A stretch of DNA of 64,000 nucleotides, taken from assembly GCA_002633005.1 (NCBI GenBank), contig NMRA01000248.1:62001-126000 (forward strand). Reading direction: 5' to 3'. Within the stretch, counting starts at the first letter, position 1; each line of letters starts with the position of its first letter. This document shows, piece by piece, positions 38,501 through 50,500 of this stretch. Source of the stretch: Phoronis australis (Eukaryota; Animalia; Phoronida). The notes beneath the pieces were generated by a model. The model ran no database searches, had not been told where the DNA came from, and saw only the letters and a program-made list of their open reading frames with translations. Position numbers and translations under genes: made by a program.

Positions 38501-41500
38501 CTAATGACCCCATGTTTGCACCAAATGACCTGAAACTTTGGATTCCGATTTGACTTACCTGTGGCAATCAGACCTGTCAATTTGAAGTGTCTAGCTTAAA
38601 ATTTTAGTTTGCACTTAATGACCTTTGACCTATTTCACCTGATTGGATGACCCGATTACTTAGAAAAGTAATTTTTTAAATTGTCATGTTGAGTTATACC
38701 TGTGCACCGAATTTTAAAAAGATAGCTTTAAAACTGAAGGAGGAGTAGCATTTTGAAAATTATATGACATTTGCACCAAACGACCTCGTCCGGTGCAATA
38801 TGGAATATGATTATATAACTAATCAAAATTTATATACTGTCAAAAGTCATATGCTGAATTTAAAGACCGTACCTGTACCCAATTTGGAGTTATTAAGCCT
38901 CAAAGTTAGTCGGAAGAAGAATAAAAAGAATAAGAAGAATAAGAATAAAATTGAAGAAAACCCAGGAACAACAGTACTCTGCGCTTGCACGCGCAGAGTA
39001 ACAAAAACACTAGCGACAATGACAATGGCAATGACAATGACAATAATAGTACGAAAATGATAGTAAAATACAATTACAAAGAACAAAGAATTTGGTTTCT
39101 TCGAACAAACTTACGCATGCGTAGGAACTGGGAAGCATACAGTTTTTACTGAATTAATAACACTTCTTCCAGAAACCGTTCAAAACTGTGCTATACTGAC
39201 GAAGGTTTCAAAAATCAGCCCAAGGTAAAAGTTGTCGGTGCCATTTTCCAATAGGTTACGGAAATTGTAACAGAATTAGTTATGGTTGCAAATGTTTTCT
39301 TGCACAGTTTACAGACCAAAAGCGGAAGTGTGTGCATTTTGCAGGTACTTACATGTATGCTCTTTCTCAAGATGATGAGTGGAAGTTCACCTTGCTGTGG
39401 CGTATATTGTCGCACTGGACACATATTATCGACCGTGCGACGATATGTGGCGAGTGCGACAATATGTATCACAACCGACGCTTACTTGAGTTAAGGGGTA
39501 TTACATTGCATGTCGAACAATAGAGGTGGAAAAGGCAACAGGCTTGTTCATATCCAGATAAAACTTATACCTTATTCAAGAACATCAACTTAATTTACCT
39601 ATCTGTTCGTATGTAGCATAATCTGGTATCGAAGGATTTGGAAGGCATTCCCGATAATTTGCGACAGACTTTGGCGCACGGCGCATAGGATCAAACGTAG
39701 TTATCAACTCCCTGTACATGTCTGCCATAACCGAATCTCCATTCACGTGCATTTTCAAATGGCTTGGAACTGGAATATCAAAAGGAAATACATTACACAG
39801 AAGTGTATTTAAGAGCCCTGAAACGCGAAAAACAAACCGTAAATTGCATAACTGAAAGTTTTTCTCTAGCATTCAAACATAATTCAACCTGTTCATTAAG
39901 TATTTTACAGTCCATTCGTACAGCATATCGATGTCAAGCTATTTTTCTTTTACTTTCAAATTTCAGAAAAGTAACTGTCACTCGTCACTTTACCGATTTG
40001 TCTCCCGCAAGGCAAAGCACGTCGACATATTCGATATGGCAAGATATCGACGCAGCACATCTCGCTTATGTGGAAAATGCGACCTTTGACCTTTGATATA
40101 AACAAAACGATGCTGACTTCAAGCAGCAATCAGTCTGATTAAGAGGCAATTGACATAATTCCTAAGTGTTTAAAATCATTTATAAGGGTACTTGGGATTC
40201 TTTCAGGGAAATCGCTTTCTTCACTGCCTTACCTCAAACTGTGCTGTCGACGTCAGATATGGAGTGGAGTGCCATCACATATGATAATTTGCTGTTTAAA
40301 ATATCCTTCTCTTCAGTCAACTCTTTGTCCAATGACTGTGAGTGGGAAGGAGATTAAAACTCTGTAGAGACTACAGAGTTTTTCCTTAACGCACATTTCA
40401 AAAATCGTCAATTTTGTGATTTGTCTGGAAGTTACCTCACAGGAGAAAATGAATAACTCCGTAATGTACGTTGCACGATGGTACTTTCGTCAGAAACTGT
40501 TTAAAAGATAATTTTGACGAACTTTCGCGTTTCAAGCCTCTTTATGCTGGACGAACTTACGCTTTCATTCCTGCAGATCGGAAATGACTTTCCAAATCAA
40601 AATACTAATCCAGGGTAGAGTTCAATAGCTGTCCTGCAGCGAGAAAATCTAGCAAAAATCACGTGCTTGCACTGGAAATGCACCGGCAATATCTCGAGTA
40701 ATCTCGCAGTCTTGCTTTCCTAACGAGATCCTAGCGAAGTCCTAGCGTTACTGAACTCTACCCAGATTTCAAAATCCTCCAATGCTAGGTTTACAGTGAA
40801 TACTAACCTAGGTATTTACACTGACTGTCCACTCGGCTTCACAACGACTGTGGGGAACGTACCTTTCCTCATGGAATGGTATTAGCTTACATAATCTAGC
40901 CTTATGTGGTATCAGATGGCGTTTTAAACGTGTTGATTTTTTCTATTCTTCATGAACTATGTAGAACATTCAAACGGAATTCACCGATGCACATAAGTAA
41001 ACGACTTCGTAGCAGTCACGTAAGAATTTACAAACGAACCTTTTGGACGTGTCTTCAAATCTGCCTCTCTACGCAACATGGCGAGTAACCAGTAGAGGCC
41101 ATAATCCATCCATAAGTAAAATCCAGCGTGGATTAGAGATCCTATCCACAGTATGAGACCTTTCACCAGTTTTGACCGCTCCGCCTCTACCAGTTTCAGT
41201 GAAACTAAAGTATAATTCACTGATCAGGACATAAACAATGTTTTTTTAACCAATTTCAGTTTAGGGCCCAATAACCCGCATTTGTGGTATTATTGTGGAC
41301 ATCACACATTTTCTGAAGATATTTGTTCTGATCAGGGCTGAGTTGCATAAAGCTTCAAAAGGTATCCGCTGGATAAGTTTGATTATTCCATGGTCAGGTG
41401 CATTGTCCAACAAGAACAACGTGACGCGTGATAATATGACGTCATTGTTGCTATACGGCGTATAACTTTTATGCAACTGGGCCCTGCTATAAAACAACAA

Positions 41501-44500
41501 AATCATTAATATATTTTTATGTCAAATGTTTCCGGCCATTTAGTGGAATTAAATGGAATCGAGGCAGGTGACATTACATGCGCGAAACCACTGGGGAGTT
41601 TTCGGTAGGCGTATGGTTTACTGTATCTGAGACCCACAGGCGCTTGAGTTTATCTGTTCCTAGATCACGACTGACGTCACTCACTACTAAAAAAACATAT
41701 GATTATGAGTCATCGGGAAATTCGAGCGCCTGTGCTATGACCGGCATGTCACCACACCAAGGATTTGCGGTTGCCAGCGAAATCGCACAAGTAATAATGT
41801 TACGTTGGCTTCCCCGGGGGAGCACTACCAAATGAACTTTGCGAATGCAATAGTGAGTTAATTGAGCTTGCAAATCGATTGTTAGAAAGAAGAGTGTTGT
41901 AATTATTTCCATCAGACTAGATTTGAAACACAAAAGCGGGATGAGTGTTACGTAAACTGTCAACGCAACTTACAAGTCATGTATGCAAGGCACACGTGAA
42001 ACAAATACAGCGAGAAATCTAGAATTCTCAAATGAAAATAATGCGTTTAATTCCAATTTTCTTTCATAATTGAAGGGTCCAGTCTTCCCGACTAACCGGT
42101 ATTACTAAATTGCGCTAGTAAGTCCTGTAAGCTTGCACGCCAACATATTCCTTTCACTCGCGTGGCCTTGAGTGTTATTGCCAAACTCGCTAGAAGCTCA
42201 CCTCACGGAATACATAAAAACTCACAGGGGGAAATATATTTGAATTCTTCACGCCACTCTAAAGGTAACACTGTTTCTTTTCCAGTTTCTTCTCGAACTT
42301 CGTCTATGTCGCGGAATCGATAACTAATGTACACGTTATCGAATCCATCTTTGGACAAATATCGTTTCCGGTAGAGTGTTGACCTGAAAAAGAATTAAAC
42401 TCACAAGATGGCGTCAAACACAGCGAACCACTCTTTATTTCTGAAAATGATTTAACATGTTGGGTACACAAGAAGAAGAGAGTTATATTCAATTTCCACG
42501 AAACCCATATTGTTTTAAACTGGAAAATAAAACATTGACACAGACCCCAAAAGTTTACTAAACCTGATCTTGGAAAATGCAAGATACTTACTTAACGAAT
42601 AGCCAAATCAACATAAAAATGACGGTAATTTGTCCGAGACTGATAGCTTTGTCCAAGAATCTAGCCCTCTCTTTGATCTCCGTGAAAATATCCTTTGTGA
42701 CCTGAGCATACGACTTGGACATGTTTACAGTGAGGTTATAGCCATGGTCGTACTCCACTCGGAAGTTAAATGTCTGGATAAGTTCGTCTATCTTTCGCGC
42801 TAATTCTGAAACGTTGACAATGTTCAATTATTGACTTTGTGGGTGGTCACTACGTGAGTTCTCAGACCCCATAATGACTGACGCTCCGCCTCAGTCATTA
42901 TCACATATTAACTTAGTGTGGAAGTCAATGATTTCTTTATTATATGATTACATCCGCTATTTCATGCAAAGAGTCTTTTGGGATTTCGGTCGAGATGTCG
43001 GTGACTGGTTTGGTAAGTCAATTGCCAGTCGTTTGCCCAAAACGCTGTGGAGAGATTCTGACAATATTCGGACACGCAAAGGAGCAATCGATTGTAGTTT
43101 GGGAAAGAAATGATTTGCGGTCATACATTTATCGTTTTAAAACAAAACAATCTACAGACGTCATTTGGCTACATCAGTGTGATACAAGCCGCGGGTCACC
43201 AGACTCACCACACCAAATGACGAATAGTATAAGTCAGTGCAATGCCTGCGATGCCTTGATCGAGGTTTGCAGTTGACCTTTATTTAAATACAAACGAGAC
43301 GTCAGAATTCTGATGACATAAAAAAGCTTGAAAGACTTTCGAGCTCGGTGACGTGGTCTTTGCGCAACGGTTGGTGACTTCCGAACAGAAGATCCGAGGT
43401 CTAGATCACAAAAATAAAAATAATTTAACCGCCGTCACCAAAGCAGTTATCAATGTGAATGTTTGAGAGGTTAATTTGGAACTGTATTGGCCACTGGTGA
43501 GTTCATAACTCCATAAGACAATGCCATGTTTTCGTCAGCTGACGGTGGTGCTGATAAACTTGAGTCTTGTAAATAGAATAGCGACTACGGCTGAAGAAGT
43601 TCACCGGACTGGTGATGTCATGGCTTAGAAGGTGATTTTAAAAGTTACACCCCGCTTAACACATAACGATTCACAATACTATTCTTTGTATTTCCAATTC
43701 AATGAAACTAATCTGGTTGAAATAACTACCAACACACCGTTTTCTAACAAAGATTTACACGTTCAATTAACTTAGACATTGACTTGCTGCTTGACTGGGG
43801 AAAGCACCTCGCTTAGGCTAGTCTTGGTGTAGCAAGGTCTGTAAACACTATTATCATGGCATTTTTAAATTTTCACCAAATTTCAAGCTATCATGCTTGC
43901 CTTACACACGTTGCCCTTAATCTTTTCACTAGCAGCTAATCGCAAACATTGTTATTACGGGTACCAAATGCAAAACCTCTACTCAAAATCGAACTCAGAA
44001 TTATTTTTTACGTTTCCCGTTCTACTTGTGCGCGAACTCGAGATATGTGTGTCTTTTTCTCTGCTCGTTTATATCATGGTTTATCACGATTAGTGTGTAG
44101 CCCAAGGACGCACTAATGAGCCAGTATTACACAGTCATAAAGGTAAACAATACTGTACTGGAGCACGAAACAATATACACTTGAGTTCGCTCAAAATGAA
44201 AACGGAAAATGTTAAAAATTATTTCTTGAGCCCGGGACCCAATCTCTGCACTCGAAATGGAAGTCATTATCTTGGACATTTTTCATTCCACTTTCGTTTG
44301 AACTAAAGATAATTTTCTATTATTTCTTGCCAGACTGGATTGTACTTGAATGCCTAATCGTAGTTTGCATTTGTTGACCCCATCAGTCAAGCTAAAAATT
44401 CGAATTTCAGCCGAAACCGCGAGCTTCCACTCGAAATCTTGAGATTTTTCTTGCTTGTAGCTAAAATATAAGGTTCATCTGTGCGAACCTGGACCAGACA

Positions 44501-47500
44501 TTCATCTGCGTAATCAGTAATACACCCGAGCACTGACTCATAGACATTTATCTTGAGTTCGTATCGAAGTAGAACGAAAAATGTTTATATAATTCTTAGT
44601 TCGATTTCGGCTACAAAGATTAGACTCCGGTGCCAGGTCCTAGAGAGCCTTTTGAACCAATCGTATCAACGCGAGCAATATCTGTTGGAAGAAATGTCCT
44701 CTCGAAGACTAGCCGTGACGACATTGAATATATTTATAATGTTATAAACAGGCTATGTGGTAATGAAGACAGCAACACCTTTACGTGTGTTTCTTTCCTC
44801 GTCATTACAGCCTCGAGAAAATTCGAAGGTGTGAACGGAACTCTATAAGGTTTAATTTTGTTTTTTCTATAAGGCGTCTAATGCGTTTACATTCGTGTTT
44901 TTAACGAACGCGTGTCTTCGTTGGCTTAAAATTTTCAAAACAAACTTACCTTCTCCTATAGATATTTTCACACGATTTACGATAGCTTCTGTAATTATGC
45001 AGATAAAGTCTCCCACTGAAAGGTATTATAGAACGATTCAACAAGGCAAAACCGAACTTTCAATGTGTCCAAGTGATCTCACAGCTCCACTCGGCTTATC
45101 AAGTTCCACATAAGCAATAAGCAACCAGCGAAAATTAATTACAACCGTAAACATTCATCGAATTTTTCCGAAATTTTATTCGGATGTGCAATTTTTTGAT
45201 GTTTAAATAATTTATTAAAATAAACACATGTGATTTTTGTTCATTTGCGGGCATATTAAAAGCTTAAATTTACTAATAGTTAAAATTGGGCAGACCTTCA
45301 AAGAAAACAACCTTCCAAAAGTCTTAAATTTCATAGTGTCTCGGCACATACTATCCAGGAATAAAATATCAGCGACAAAAAATTGCATTCTCCGAGTTGT
45401 GTGCGGACGATAAGAAGATATAAAGGACCTAAACAAAAAAAAATAAAATAAAAAGATAACGCTGAGTGAGTTCACGTTTTTAGGTCGATTGCAACATAAA
45501 TTGTACACAACAGATTCGCAACTCATTTTCTTGCGAAATATCCTAGAGGAGGCGCCACCCTCCGGTTAGTGTATTGTGACGGGAAATTCTTGCATCGATT
45601 TTACTGCCCAGTACGACGAAGGAATAATTTTGGCATTTCGGCTCAAAGTCTTTCAAGAACTCTTGGTATCGCAAGTGATTTTTGGCAATACTACTCGACC
45701 ACACAACAGCCGACCCTGATAAGCAGCCGACGTACTTGCCGGAAGTAAAACGTTCTATGTCTGCCAGGTGTCGCTAGTGAAAAGTGAGGCCACAGCTTAT
45801 GCGTACGATCACAGACTTGTCTCGTCCATTGAAAATATACGGAGTTGTCGATCTATGTACTATAGTCTATGATTGCAACAACTTAAGCCTGGTTTACGTG
45901 CGATCTCCTGCAACACATTGTGTACATATACTGCAAAGACAGCTGTTGGCGACAACTGGAATTTGATGTTACTTATGGCTGGGGCCCCTTTCAAGAAAAC
46001 TGACAAAGCTACTTAGCTAAGACATATCTTAAATTTAAGCCAATTTTAAAATAAAACTTCAATTTGTAAGCTTTTGACTTAAGTTTAGTCTCAAATTCGA
46101 CTAACTTAGCGGATGTGGAAGTTTCAAAATCTGGAAGTTGAGACAAAAACGAACCTATGTCAGTTTCTTTGAACGGGCCCTTGGTCCACACAACGTTATA
46201 AGAGCCGCAGTCGCAGCCTTTTCGCATCCAAAGGTGCCATTGTATTATGAAATACGTAAAAAGTTCGCTAGTATTGTAGTTTGCAACACTGTTAGCATTC
46301 AGTGGTACATATAGCAACCAACCTGCGACAACTGCAAAAGGGTATGACTGCGATTCTAGCAACATTTTAAGGGCCAGTTTTCACGAAAACATCTAAAACA
46401 AACTGTAAATAAACTTTGATTGTGATTCTTGCAACTTGATGTGAACCAGGCTTTTGGGATGCCGCAGATTAGTCTACACAATGCAAACATCTAAGCTCAA
46501 CTCAACTGTCAAGGTGAGTCGAGTTGTGGAGTGTGCAAATGGTTAACGAATTGACACAACTGAAATCATCTAAACAGTAATAACATAGTTTCAAACACGA
46601 GTAATTAAAGATGCATGCCGTGCCCTGAAAAGTTGGCCAAAAAGCAAAATCTAATCAGGCTATCATTAAATCGGTCTCATAACAGGGCTTACCGTAGCAA
46701 GATTCTATTTCCGTTACCAACTCGTGTCACAGGCAATGCATACGTGCGCCATTTTCAAATTCGCAGTTTTAGGGTTAGCCAATCCCAATAAGTTTTGATT
46801 CGTATTCTTGTGTCGATGATGGTTTCGATGTTCCTGTTAGTAACGGAAATAGAATAATATCACGGTAAGGAATATCATAGTGATTTTTGTTAGAGTACAA
46901 TGACCAATTCGATGTTCGTTGTTAGCTTGCTAAATATGACAAAATGCAGCGTTAAGTGACAAGGCTGCAGCTGTAATACTAATTCAATCTAGGCAGGTGC
47001 GTCAAGTGTCTTTATACGACCACCGATACTTTTCTCTTCGAACCAACACGCTGCGATGACTTCCGTTATGAGCTGGCGTTGCACAACTAGCCGAGGAAAA
47101 ATCGCTTTTCATTCAGCCCGTCGGACATCAGATGTAGTTATTTGTAATCTTCCACGCAACAGAATGTAGGAACCCCTGATCTCATGAACAAAGTTAGCGA
47201 GCAAACATTGTAGAGCATTAAAACAGGAAAAGACATGCCGATCTAACAAGATACGAAAGTCAAACGAACAGATGAAAGAAGTAGCGTAATAATAAAACAC
47301 ACAAAGACCAATAGGTCGTGCATATCGGCTCATATGGGAGACCAATGCTAATCCTTTGGGAAACATTGGTCTCCGTCGGCCCACAGATGAATTAATGTTG
47401 TCGATTCATAAATGCATTTGCAAAGTATGCTATGTTCTTCCGTTAATCGCGAACAGGTGGCGACAGTTAGGTGAGCTGCGACGTATCACGTCGAGCAGTG

Positions 47501-50500
47501 AGCTTCCGATATTTGTATATTCATAATGGATAACAATACTTACATCTGGTTATCTCGCAAATCCATTTAAACCACGACACGATGTCACAAAGGAAATCGA
47601 GGAATCCTAATTTTGCCCTGGAACAAGAAACGACATTTTGTAGTTTGTTTTTTACCTGGTCACGATACAAATGGCAGAAAAGCTTATAAAATTTAGCTTA
47701 GCTGTAGCCAGAACAGTACTAGGCTGGCAGTTAGTGTTTCGGTTTTCCGTGCGCATGAAGGAACACTCAATATTCAACACATCGCTATACTCGTTTTAAA
47801 CTGAGTTTTACCAATGCCAGTAAGCTCAAACGTCAGGTGAACGGAAGGAAAAAACGAACACTTGCATTTTTCTCAGCAAAGCATGACGAACAGTCAAGTG
47901 TCGTAAACATAACGGACTAACTGATTGTTTTACGTGTTTCGTACATGAACATTAGAAGACACTATGATCTACATCTGTTAATATGTGATGTGATGCAAAT
48001 CGGCGGAATGGCTGGCAATGGTGATAAAACATCACAATGTCTAAATCGAACTGGATTGCAAAGTCGCCAGGTTGCTGCCAGTATCTGGACCTCATGGATT
48101 TTACTAAGGCTGAGTTACCGTTTGACCTGACCATTAACTGGACTGACAGAAACCTTTGGCTGAGTGTAGCAAGCACAGTGCTCGTTCCAATTTTCTGGAA
48201 TGTGGTTGCTCGACTTGAGTACAGAACTCATTTATTGACTAAGCTATGTTGTGGATCTGCACGTATTGGCTGTTACTTCCTAGCTGTTGTAATCACTGGT
48301 TGTGGCCTGCATAGGGACTGGAGGTTTCAAGGTGCCGTAGAAAAGCAGAGAGAATGGGATGCATTAGATAATGAGGTGACATTGTATGTAGGGTATGGGG
48401 CCATTTTCCTTAGAACCATTTTGGTGCTTTCAAGTTTTTGGAGATTGAAAATAACAGGGACGTATCTAGGCGACTATTTTGGCATTTTAATGGATGCCCG
48501 CATCACAGATTTCCCATTTAACGTCGTCAACCATCCGATGTACATTGGAACCACTCTTAACTTCCTGGGTACTGCTCTCATACAAAAGAGTCAAGCTGGT
48601 GTATTTCTGTCCTTTGTAGTGGGGCTTACCTACTGGGTTGTTCGGTAGTCAATGGATTACTGCAGGCTGGAGAACATTCAATAATAACATTTGCTTGCAA
48701 GACAAGTGAAGAGAGAAATCTTGACCTAGTTAATGAATATAAAAGCATTCTTGGTGTTTGTGAACCGTATCTCCCATAATTGAAGGGTTCGGTGTAACCA
48801 TCTAACCATTTTCAGTGACGGGAGTTTTCTGTCTCTAGATTACAAACATCTGTCCAACACCAGCGTAATTCCTCCATGACTAGCAAGACGTTCTCCTCGT
48901 GAAGCACGCATCTTGTCTAGTTTAGTTCAAGAATTCTTGTTTGCTATCTTACCACGAGTGGCCATGAACTTGTTAATTTTGATAACAAAAATGATAAAAC
49001 TGTTAACCTTAAAAAATAAAGTTCAAACGTCAGCTTCTATTACAGGAACGTATACTGTAGACCTTTGGGATATACTGGAAACATAAAACATATTTTGAAA
49101 TGAACAGCAGTCTATTACATTACACATATAACTGAAAGCAACATCCCCAAATTTCTTTACTTACATGCAATCTGCCTGTGCTTCATCAAATGCGTTCTTG
49201 CATTTCCTGTATGGCGCGCCCATTTTCTCATTGCAAACATCTACAAGATTCCCTAACCATTTCGAGACACGAGCCACAGCGTCAACTGCGAAGAAAATGT
49301 TTTTTTCAGTGATAAAATGACGTACATCGCTTTCATCTCGAGAAATAGAGCTCCACTTATCAAGTCTAACATAATTTTTTGTGCTTTAAGTAAGTACGAT
49401 ATTTACATGAACCTACCTATTTCTACGTAAACTTTTTTAACCCTTAGAAAGGCTTTTCTCAGCTCGAATGCAAGTTTGTTCAATGATACGATAACTTGAT
49501 AGAGATCTTTCGAAATAGCTGTAATATAAAAAAAGTGAAAATAAATAATCGACAGAAATACTCACAAGCATAATTTAGCGAATCATTTTATAATTATAAA
49601 TCTGTGGCCAAGTCACAACATTCGCTTTCGTCATACGAAACGCAGCGAAATTTGACATATCCTGTCGTAAATGTAATTAAGAAAAAATTAGTGTAGGGAA
49701 CATGAAAAACGGACGTGCGTTCCCAAGACGCAAGGACCTCGCGAACACGGAAGTTTACGCAAGACTTCATGAGATATTGCCCTGATGTACTATCAGTGAA
49801 ACACGTGATTATCTTGGCTTCCTACTCGCGATTCTTGCGTTTGCGACTCTCAGTCCAGGGCCTGAGTTCTATTTTTTTGCTCGAAAATGAACTCGAAATC
49901 ATTTTTGGTAATTCCTATTCTACATGTGTGCAAAATTAAGATAAGTATCAATTTTCTATTCTCGAGAAAATCATTGGTTAGGTGGATAACTTTCGTATCC
50001 TAGTTTTTTACTTGCTGATCTCAGCATCAGTATGTGTCTGGACAAGAAATTTCGTGTGTTTACTCGAAAAGTCGTAGCGCAAATGTGCTGTAGGGATCAT
50101 CAGGTGCGAACTTGGGACTAGAAACTCGTATGCATGAACCATAATGTACTTGAGTACACACTGAGTCCGTGCAAAAGTATAGAAAATGTTAAAAGCAGTT
50201 TTGAGATTGATTTCCAGTAAAAAAATTAGAACCCGGCCGGGCCCAAATTTCAGTCCGGATTACAAAACAGCAGCGAACAACACAGTTTTTAATAACCACG
50301 ACTAAGCGTTTTATTAGAGCTGTACCGACAGAGGGACTGAAAGGATGGCGAGACGGGAAGAGAAAGATAAAGAGTGAGTGAGAGCCGAAGAGACAACAAA
50401 ATTTATAGCCTGTAGTGGAAAGGCAGAGCACTTTCAAGTATGATTCTGCACCTGGCCTGGGATACCTTTGACTGGCGCCAATGCCAACTCGACAAGGTCG

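Larger units (their letters stand above)
33779..39968. repeat. Near-identical duplicated block (33779-~35985 vs 36489-~39968) around an N gap; probable uncollapsed haplotypes
   Basis: The sequence and the three DCST2 exons recur. The second copy starts immediately after nnnn at 36485-36488. The exonic differences I found are all synonymous. Confidence 0.9.

Noticed and set aside
36496-39769. A second DCST2 paralogue
   Set aside because: Only three exons are repeated, nearly identically including introns, and they abut an N gap. Treated as probable allelic redundancy.
49040-49090. Possible final PEMT exon after a cag acceptor
   Set aside because: No frame yields an EEPFT-like sequence, and the required donor at ~48645 is weak.
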